Below, in pieces: positions 54,408 to 64,000 of a DNA stretch of 64,000 nt. Within the stretch, counting starts at the first letter, position 1; each line of letters begins with the position of its first letter. The stretch is taken from NCBI GenBank assembly GCA_951406725.2, contig OX597825.1, forward strand, positions 61,070,001 to 61,134,000. Reading direction: 5' to 3'. Source of the stretch: Octopus vulgaris. Lineage: Eukaryota. A program made the position numbers and the translations under genes. The notes below the pieces were generated by a model. That model saw only the letters and a list, made by a program, of their open reading frames with translations. It was not told the origin of the DNA and made no database searches.

Positions 54408-54925
54408 TTAGGTTGTCAAGAAAGTTCTTGCAGTTTTAACCTTTAAATTCAGATGCACATATCTCGGTTCAGACAAAACTTTATTAATTGAAATAAACAC
54501 CATCAGAATCAACACACTTTTGCCAACCCGAAACAAGTTTATTTATACCAGTAGCATAAAAATCCTGTGTTCTGGTGGTAATGAAGTCATTAAAGGTGTG
54601 TTTGGCATCGTCTTAGTTTTTGAAGCATTTTGCATGCAGGAAGTTGTCGAGATGCTTGCAAAAGTGGTAGTCGGTAGGCGAGAGGTCTGGTGAGTATGGT
54701 AGATGAGGCAGAGTTTCATAGCCCAATTCATTCAACTTCTACTAGGGCCAGTTGTGCTATGTGTGGCCGAGCATTGTTGTGGGGAAGAATTGACCAATGC
54801 TGGCTGTTGTTGTCGGAGTTTCTTATGCATTTCATCCATTTGCTGACAGTACTTCTACGCTGTAATGGTTTCACCTGGATCCAAAAAGCTGTGATGGATA
54901 AGACCTACCGAAACCATAATCTTAC
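54408..54925 (-). mobile_element. Mariner remnant with one TIR
   Basis: TA-TTAGGTTGTCAAGAAAGTTC terminus. Minus strand HNNARPHIAQ..ETLPHLPYSPDLSPTDYHFCKHLDNFL..FYATGINKLVSGWQKCVDSDGVYFN. Confidence 0.92.
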
Positions 54926-55009
54926 GATTATAAGTCCAACACGCAAACCACTAAGCCATGCACCTCCACTTATAACTGCCACTTATTACAGGTGACTTTG
55001 CAAACAAAA

Positions 55010-55440
55010 CTGTTTGCAGCAACAGGTTGATTCCTACCCTATAAGAAGTCTAAGAACCATTTTCCAAATTGTCCTGTAGTATTAAGATCCCTTATCCTAT
55101 GTCAGGTGATTCCATGATTAATCTTTTCAAAGTACATGCAGTCAGTGTCCATTCCTCTCAAGAGATTACTGAGGACAGTGTTATGGTGTTATATTAGTTG
55201 TGACAAACAACATCCAGTCTGATAACCATGCTGTATATCATCATAGAGGTTGTTTTCCTCAAGTATGTAATTATTCTGTTTTTGAGCAATTTTAGATATG
55301 TGAGATGTGAGAAAAACAGGTCTGTAATTTTTAGTTTCAGTTCTGCTACCTCCGTTGTGTATAGGTGTTACTACTGCAGCTTTCAGTAGTTTTAGGAATA
55401 TGCCAGTTTTTTAAGCTTCTGAAATAGCATCTCCAATGGT
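55010..55440 (-). mobile_element. CR1/L2-group LINE RT fragment, degenerate
   Basis: LKAAVVTPIHNGGSRTETKNYRPVFLTSHISKI..LEENNLYDDIQHGY..CLSQLI..FEKINH..KWFLDFL. Confidence 0.8.
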
Positions 55441-55504
55441 TTGGTGAAGGTGGGTTTGAAAGTTTTTAACAGTATTTACCACATATTGTATATATGTGTG
55501 TTTG

Positions 55505-55884
55505 CATCATCATCATCATCATCATCATTTAGCATCCGCTTTCCATGCTAGCATGGGTTGGACGGTTCAACTGGGGTCTGGGGAGCCAGAAGGCTGCACC
55601 AGGCCCAGTCTGATCTGGCAATGTTTCTACTGCTGGATGCCCTTCCTAACGCCAACCACTCAGTGAGTGTAGTGGGTGCTTTTTACATGCCACCGGCACA
55701 GGTGCCAGATGAGGCTGGCAAACGGCCATGATTGGATGGTGCTTTTTACGTGCCACCGGTACGGGGGCCAGGCGAGGCTGGCAACAGCCATGAACGGATG
55801 GTGCTTTTTACGAGCCACTGGCACAAGGCCAGTTGGGGCGGCGCTGGCAACGGCCACGTTCGGATGGTGGTTTTTTACGTGCCA
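55505..55884 (-). mobile_element. RTE 3' UTR-derived retroposon (family C)
   Basis: (CAT)n tail, then four GTGCTTTTTACGTGCCA-type units. Confidence 0.87.
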
Positions 55885-56458
55885 GAGTGTGTTAATATAT
55901 ATTTATGTGAGTATAAGTGTAAGTGCATGTGCGTATTTGTTAGTTTTATTTATGCTGTGTCATTCTGTCCCATAACCTAGCAGTTCAACAAACAGATATA
56001 AACAAAATAATTTAAATAAGCATTGGCGTAGATATGATGAACAAAAACTCCAGTAAGAAATGCTCCAGCATGGTTGCAGTCTGATGGTTAAAACCAGTAA
56101 AGAAAGAGTATAACGGAAACAATTAAATGCAACAAAACAAATCTAGTCTGACACTGTCTCATACTTATGATTCCATCATCTTTATTACATATAACAAAAT
56201 AATATTTAATACTTCTACAGCCAAATTACCCATCAGACAGCTGTTCAATAACAATTACAATCACCAGTCCCCACAATTCTGAATCTATAACACACACACA
56301 GACACATATACACACATAAACATAGACATGTGCACTCACATACATATACACATAACACTCAAATACACATACACACACATGACACTCCTATAGATGATTT
56401 CTATAAAAAATAATCAATATAAGTATATGTATGTATACATATATGTATATGTATGTAT

Positions 56459-56492
<34 letters not shown>

Positions 56493-56513
56493 GTATACAT
56501 ATATGTATATGTA

Positions 56514-56549
<36 letters not shown>

Positions 56550-56613
56550 TATGTATATATATATATATGTATATGTATGTATATGTATATATATATATAT
56601 ATGTATATATATG

Positions 56614-56683
<70 letters not shown>

Positions 56684-58448
56684 TACATATATATCTATAT
56701 ATATATATATATATATATATGTCCATAGCAATCACTTACACTAGTTAATAGAGATGATCAGGCTACAGAAGAACTGATGAGGACATAATTATAGCTGAAA
56801 CGGTTTCATTCTAATTGCAAAACTTACTCCTTTGCCAAAATTTACGTTTTAACCCCTATATAAATTCATAGAAATAACAAACATTTCTTAATACATGTAA
56901 TTTACGTATCAACATCGGCTGTCAAACAATTGCAATTAGTTTCCTTTGTAATTAATTATATTGCTAAATATTGATGACACTATTTAGGCGTCTTTGATGT
57001 TGTTTTATTTCAGCAATGTTTTGATAAGTGTAACCTCAATGTTTTTAAGGAAGCAATGTATTTTGAATATAACTTTCATGGTTGGGTTACAGTTTTTTTC
57101 CATACAAACAGATGTAAAGTTTTACAAGTTCAATCCTAACACAAACAAAATGTATTTGTATATATAATACAGGAGGTGCAATGGCCCAGTGGTTAGGGCA
57201 GTGGACTCATGGTCGAAGGATCGCGGTTTCAATTCCCAGACCAGGCATTGTGAGTGTTTATTGAGTGGAAACACCTAAAGTTCCACGAGGCTCCGGTACA
57301 GGCTGGTGGTAAACCCTGCTGTACTCTTTCACCACAACTTTCTCTCACTCTTTCTTCCTGTTTCTGTTGTACCTGTATTTCAAAGGGCCAGCCTTGTCCC
57401 ACTCTGTGTCATGCTGAATCTCCCCGTATCTGGTACTCGTATCTGTGGAGTGCTCAGCCACTTGCATATTAATAAATGAGCTGCAACGTCACTAGTGCCA
57501 AGCTGTATTGGCCTTTGCCTTTCCCTTGGATAACATCGGTGGCATGTAGAGGGGATGCATGGGCCACTGCTGGTCTTCCATAAACAAACTTGCCCGAAGG
57601 GGGTCTCTTCATAGGTACAGGTGTGGCTGTATGTTAAGAAGTTTGTTTCCCAACCACATGGTTCTAGGTTCAGTCCCACTGCAGGACATATTGAGCAAGT
57701 GTCTTCCACTCTTGCTTTGGGCTGAGCAAAGCTTTGTGAGTGGAAACTGAAAGAAGCCCATCGTATATGTCTGCATGTGTGTTTGTTTGTACGTGTCTGT
57801 GTGTGTGTGTATGTGTTTGTGTGTATGTGTGTTTGTGTATGTGCATGCAAGTGTGTGTTTGTCTTTGTGTCTGTGTCCTGCACCACCACTAGACAACCAG
57901 TGTTGGTGTATTTATGTCCCTGTAACTTATACATATGCACATACACACATATATATATATTTTTTTTTTATATAAAGGCTAGCATTGGTTTCATGTTAAG
58001 AAAAATATCTTAATATCCTAACAATTTTTCAAGCCGATCATATGAAGGGACGGTGTTTGTCTCCAATTGGGATGAAAACATCAATGCAGTGTAGAGAACT
58101 CATTCTTGTTGTTCACCATTTACATGTGTATGTGTGTGTATGTGTGTATGTTTGTGTGTGTATATTTGTGTGCATGTGTGTTAGTTACAAAATATAACAA
58201 CAGTATATGACAAAAAATTTATTTACTTCTGGTGTTATTCAACAAAGGATAGTCACATGGTTAGCTGAACATGTGCATTCATATGGCTGTTGCTGAATCA
58301 TATTAATACAATATCATATAATTATATATAGATTATAATCTATATAGCATTCACTTACAGCTGGTTATGATTCACTGAAATAATTGTAGTGATTTGCAAA
58401 AACGCCTGTCCAGTCCATCTTGTACTAAAATTTGTCATAAAATATCTA

Positions 58449-58863
58449 CTGGAGTGGCTGTGTGGTAAGTAGCTTGCTAACCAGCCACATGGTTCCGGGT
58501 TCAGTCCCACTGCGTGGCATCTTGGGCAAGTGTCTTCTGCTATAGCCCCGGGCCGACCAATGCCTTGTGAGTGGATTTAGTAGAGGGAAACTGAAAGAAG
58601 CCCGTCGTATATATGTATATATATATATGTATGTGTGTGTGTGTGTTTGTGTGTCTGTGTTAGTCCCCCTAGCATTGCTTGACAACCGATGCTGGTGTGT
58701 TTACGTCCCCGTCACTTGCGGTTCAGCAAAAGAGACCGATAGAATAAGTACTGGGCTTACAAAGAATAAGTCCCGGGGTCGATTTGCTCGACTAAAGGCG
58801 GTGCTCCAGCATGGCCGCAGTCAAAATGACTGAAACAAGTAAGTAAAGTAAAGTAAAGTAAAG
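58449..58863 (+). mobile_element. SINE family A
   Basis: Near full length with a (GTAAA)n tail. An inverted partial copy follows at about 58910-59105, and another partial copy lies at 57613-57925. Confidence 0.92.
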
Positions 58864-59132
58864 TATACATATATATAAATATGTGTGTGTGTGTATGTGT
58901 TCTTTTATATTTGTATTTGGTTCAGTCATTTGACTGTGGTCATGCTGGAGCACTGCCTTTACTTGAACAAATCAACCCTAGGACTTATTCTTTGTAAGCC
59001 TAGTACTTATCCTATCAATCTCTTTTGCTGAACTGCTAAGTTAGGGGGACATAAACACACCATCTTCAGTTGTCAAGCGATGTTGGTGGGGAAAAACACA
59101 GACACGTGTACACATGCACACACACATGTCTA

Positions 59133-59168
<36 letters not shown>

Positions 59169-59455
59169 TGTATGTATGTATGTATGTATGTATGTATGTA
59201 TGTGTATATTATGTTTTCATATAAAGAAATAGCAAGAAGAAAAATTAAACCTATGTGATATGTTGTTCTACAAATGATAAAGTAGAGCTGTGACTCCAAG
59301 AAAAAAGTGACACAGACTATGATGACACATTCCATTCGTGCCAATGTAGAAGAAAGTTTGCAAGAAATACAGCTGTTGATTAGATTTCTTCAAGTAGTTG
59401 ACCAGTATTCTTCAAGTAAGATGAGTATCAGAACCCAATGGGGATAACATCTGCT

Positions 59456-59552
59456 CCCTGTTAACTTTGGTAAATTCACAGTTTCTTACTGTTTGTCAGA
59501 TATACTATGTCATTGTCAGTAGGAAACTGTGAATTTACCAAAGTTAACAGGG
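59456..59552. repeat. Near-perfect hairpin, 36-bp stem and 25-nt loop
   Basis: CCCTGTTAACTTTGGTAAATTCACAGTTTCTTACTG / CAGTAGGAAACTGTGAATTTACCAAAGTTAACAGGG, with one U-G pair on the + strand. Confidence 0.95.
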
Positions 59553-60026
59553 GACATGTGTAACCTGCAGTGAAGTTAACATTGTTGAGGTGTGCAGATT
59601 ATACCTAACTAAGATGCTTTTTACACATACCTTGTCACTGGTTATGTAGACTTGTGAGTTGCATAGCACCCTCCCTAGTGTCAGTGTCACAACAAAAATC
59701 ATTTGGTACATTCTGTATAGAATTTGGTATTAAGAAGGATATCCAGCAATAGAAATTGAAGCTAACACTGTAGCACAATGCAGTCCTAGGAACCATCAGA
59801 TTCTACCAAGCTATTCAATGTATGCCAGTATGGAAGATGGCTATTAAATGATGATATATATGCATGTATGTTTAAATATCTATCTGTTTGTGTGTTTATA
59901 CACACATATATATATTTAAATATTTATATATATATGATAATAATAATAATAATATTAGGGAGTATAAATATATAAAATATAAATTAGAGATAAATCTATA
60001 TTATTTATATTATATATATATATATA

Positions 60027-60062
<36 letters not shown>

Positions 60063-61004
60063 CTTAAATATTTATATATATGTGTATGTATATATACATA
60101 AATACGTACACACACATATACATATATATATATCATCATCATCCTTAACATCATTATTTACTGTCTGATTTCCATACTGGCATGCATATGTATATAAGCA
60201 TAGACAGACACATCATAAACACACAAAGAATCCAGAATTAAATTCCATGTTTTTCCTCTGTAGAAAGCCCGTTACTTTCACTTTCGTTTTTTAATGCAAT
60301 TCTTTGCATTGTTTACCTTCCATAATTCGTGTTAAGCTATGTCAGCAGTAAATACATTTGTTCCGCACCAGTCTTGTTTACATTTAATTTACAATATTTT
60401 GTCTGTGATAAGCATTTTCACACAAGAAATAAAATAAACAAATAAATAGATGAATAAAAGAAAGAAAGAAAGAAAGAAAGAGTCTATTTACTGTTTGTTT
60501 TTATATTGTTATTTCCGTGTTTTAGCTTAAGAAATTGATATATAAGAAGTATATTTAAAAACTGTAAAATAAAATAAAAGGATAAAATAACATGGTCATA
60601 ACTTTTAGAACCTCTAGACTGTTTATAAATAGAGAAAGCAGCAATTGTAGGGATTTGTGTTTACAGTATGTTCTGTGAAAACATTACGTGAATTTTTTGG
60701 CAGATTTACATGAGAGATATTAAAAACTTACTGAAGAGGAAATATACAATAGGAAATGGAAGTTAACAACATATATTCAATTTCTTGCTTATGGATGATG
60801 TTAAACGTGGTGAGTATTGTGTTGTAAGTTATTGTATACACGTAGTAGCAGAAGTTTGCAGACAATTTCTCATTTATCTTCAAATATTTTCAGTTACTTT
60901 TAGTAGACAGTATTTCCTCCTAGTAATATAAGAAAAAAATTAATTTTCCATATATATACATACAAACATACTTACATACATACAAACATACATACAGACT
61001 CCCA

Positions 61005-61066
<62 letters not shown>

Positions 61067-61342
61067 CACACATATGAACACATGTATGTATCGGTATATA
61101 CATACATAAACACAAACACACAAACAAACACACTCAGGCACACACACACACAGATATGTATATATACATATGCATATAGTATACACGTATAATCATAAGC
61201 ATAGCAGTATTTTTAAGAAGTTTGCTTCCCATGTACATAGTTTTGGATGCAGCTCGGGGTATCTTGACAAGTCTCTATTCTCAAACCTTGATCTGAAAGA
61301 CGAAAACTGATAGAAGCCTGTTGTATATATATATATATACAT

Positions 61343-61404
<62 letters not shown>

Positions 61405-61496
61405 TTATATTAATCATAAGGATGCACTTTTACATCTACTTATATTAATATATATATATGTATGTACGTACGTATGTATGTATGCATGTATGTATG

Positions 61497-61530
<34 letters not shown>

Positions 61531-61549
61531 TGTATATATATATATATAT

Positions 61550-61866
61550 TATGGAGATGTACTTGCATAGCAAGTAACCTGATCTGAGATCGTGTGCTGG
61601 AAAAGAAAAAAAATTCCGGCATGGACAGTGTTTATAAGCCATTTAAGAAACACACAAAAACCGTCAGATTCACTTCAATATTTAAAACTAATTTACCAAA
61701 ATATTTTCGTCGCTTTGAGACCGCAACCTGTTCACTAGCAAAATTCAGTGAACAGGTCTCAAAGCGACGAAAATATTTTGGCAAATTAAATTTAAATATT
61801 GAAGTGAATTTAACGGTTTTTGTGTGTTTCTTAAATTATTTATAAACACCTTCCACGCTGCAATTG
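61550..61866. mobile_element. Foldback PLE-pLTR-like element: two copies diverging from a central hammerhead motif
   Basis: 61627-61736 is inverted at 61747-61850. It is inserted between TA tracts and belongs to the same family as 54187-54403. Confidence 0.8.
61692..61742 (-). ncRNA. Minimal type I hammerhead ribozyme candidate with swapped G3-C8 core
   Basis: Minus strand: UUUGCUA-GUGAACA-G-GUUGC-GGUCUCAAA-GCGAC-GAAA-AUAU-U-U-UGGUAAA. Stem I has 7 pairs, stem II has 5 pairs, and stem III is palindromic. Confidence 0.65.
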
Positions 61867-62656
61867 TATATATATTGAGACAGTTGTTTCTTTTGGCTAG
61901 TCAGAGACTGACCATTAGTTTCACACTTATAAACTACTCAGCTCTATAGGCAATTCATCAGACTCAAACAGATAGAGGCACATAAATCTCTCTACAACAG
62001 GTGAGAGGAAAACAGCATGGTCAGTTAATTTTGGAAGCAAAACATTTCCAGAATGAACTCTACTGGCAAAACATTGTGTGAGGCAGAGTTATCTGCCTTA
62101 CATCGGTTCCATTTATATCTATGACAAGTCTGCCAAATATAGCTGAAGATGGTAGCATTTACCTTGATGGCAAATGTGGAATTCCATGTTTTCAACATGA
62201 ATTTCCTCTGATAAGGACAGTCACTAAACATCTCAGTTTTGGAGTTTAAAAAAGGTTCCTGATTCAAGTGAGTTTTTCAGAATTCTTGCTTTTTCAGGAA
62301 AGCAAAACTTGGATTGTTTATTTCTATTGAAGTACAGCCCTGATTGTCCTAGGAGCTACCTTTTAATGATATATAGCAAGCCTTCCTCTTTCAAACACCA
62401 CACCTAGCTGGCCAGGGACATCATGTTGCACCTCTCTGATATACTATAAGAGGATTTGTGTTTGCTACGACAATACTTGAATGGACTGCTTGTAGATCTG
62501 ACATATTTTCAAATGTGTGCATTTGTGTTCATGGTGTACAACTGCTGTTGTTGTTGGCATTATATTATATTATTTCATATTCTATATCTATGTGTGTGTG
62601 TGTAGATGTGCTTATGTGCATGTGTGTGTATAATTATATATATATATGTTAAGCAG

Positions 62657-62691
<35 letters not shown>

Positions 62692-64000
62692 GAGAGAGGT
62701 GAAGAAAGTAAGAAAGGAAAAGAGAAGAAATAATTTATTTACGTGCAATAGGCATGCAACATTAAATATCTACTATAAAACAAATAATATTATATATAAA
62801 TACAAAAGAAATTACCAAATATAATAAAGACATTCTACTTATATCTTTATTGTTCCCATCATGCACTTGGGCATCATTAAGAAAATAGCATGTGAACATC
62901 TTAGGTGAATTATCTCAACTTTTGAAAAGTAGAGTAATGCCTAAAGCTATATTCTTTACTCTCCCTCAATTTCTTTGAATTGGTATTCTTTATCATCAAC
63001 CTTTGTCTACAAGAAATCTAATTTTGTTACATATTCTCTGAGAAATTGTTTGCAGTGTTTCTCCTAAGGCTATCACCTCTAACAAACAGGGTGACATTTT
63101 GAGGTAGAATTTACCGACTAGTTCTTTGTTATTTGAATAAAACCTATATCTTGTGTTGTCGTTAACAGACAGCCTTCAAAACGCTTATATATATAAGTTA
63201 CTACTTCTTGAAAACTGCAAAAAAGAAACTGAAAGTGAAAGTAAAAATACCTAAACAATAAAATAAAAATGAAAATACAGACTCATAAGAAACTAGAATA
63301 AAATAATTACATTGGCCAAATATTTCTGTTTGGATTATTTCTTAAAAGTGAAATATTTTATGTAAATTCTTCTAACCTATTCAAGATTGTCAGTGTGCCA
63401 AATACTTTCTTTTTCTTACAGTCTTTATAGTTATTTATTTATTTTTTTGTCTGTTCCCTGATGACATATATAAACTTCAATTTTAAAAATGGAGATAATA
63501 CTATTAGTTGATTTTGCATGTTCTATTTGCATTCCTTGCAGCAACGAACAATTTCTGTTCAAATATGAAACATTCTCTAACTTTTGTTTTGATGGAGGTG
63601 GTGGTGATAGGAATACGACTTTTCATTCACTGCTATACCCCTATATATATATATATATACTTTAACACATGGTACGACTCTACAACACTGTCTCTCTCCC
63701 CCTCTCCTACATTTCTCTGCCTTTCACACTTTGCACTCCACTTTGATCTGTCTCTTTTTCTCTCACTCTCTCTCTTCTCCTCCTCCTCCTCCTTTCTTCC
63801 TTGTTCCCCTTCTTTCTCTCTTCATCTGTCCCTCTTTTCCTCTCTCTCTTTCCCTCACATGTGACTAGCCAACCGATTGCTTGCCTCTTCGTGGTCAGCA
63901 GCCGTTGCGGCAAGACACATTTTTTTTTCTCTCTGTAGCCCTAAGGCTTTTTTCTAACGCCAGCTCAAAAAATTTACTCGTCCTGTCGAAAAGACGCTTG

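Noticed and set aside
57172-57245. tRNA-like sequence with A and B boxes (also at 6520, 19449, 22241, 41777 and 53255)
   Set aside because: These lack a clean cloverleaf and run directly into SINE bodies, so they are SINE heads rather than tRNA genes.
62025-62267. 80-aa complex-sequence ORF
   Set aside because: No recognisable motif or clear splice sites, so it cannot be told apart from chance or an old TE relic.

Overview
This is eukaryotic, very AT-rich, microsatellite-dense genomic DNA. The SINE/LINE families and (TA)n/(CATA)n density suggest an octopus or other coleoid cephalopod intron or intergenic region (inference, not a database match). I can support no intact host protein-coding gene. 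Almost all ORFs in the track are translated microsatellites or SINE read-through. The window is a nested mosaic of decayed mobile elements: a Helitron helicase remnant plus four non-autonomous Helitrons, several mariner remnants and MITEs, piggyBac-type MITEs, Penelope-like elements (PLEs; RT plus GIY-YIG), RTE, CR1/L2-type and R4/Dong-type non-LTR fragments, a solo LTR, three tRNA-derived SINE families and a fragmented 27-bp minisatellite. The most notable signal is a set of short, PLE-like, non-coding foldback elements carrying minimal type I hammerhead ribozyme motifs with non-canonical cores. One family has a G3-C8 swapped core (GUGAACA) with compensatory stem changes between copies. A second family has a CUGAGAA core.
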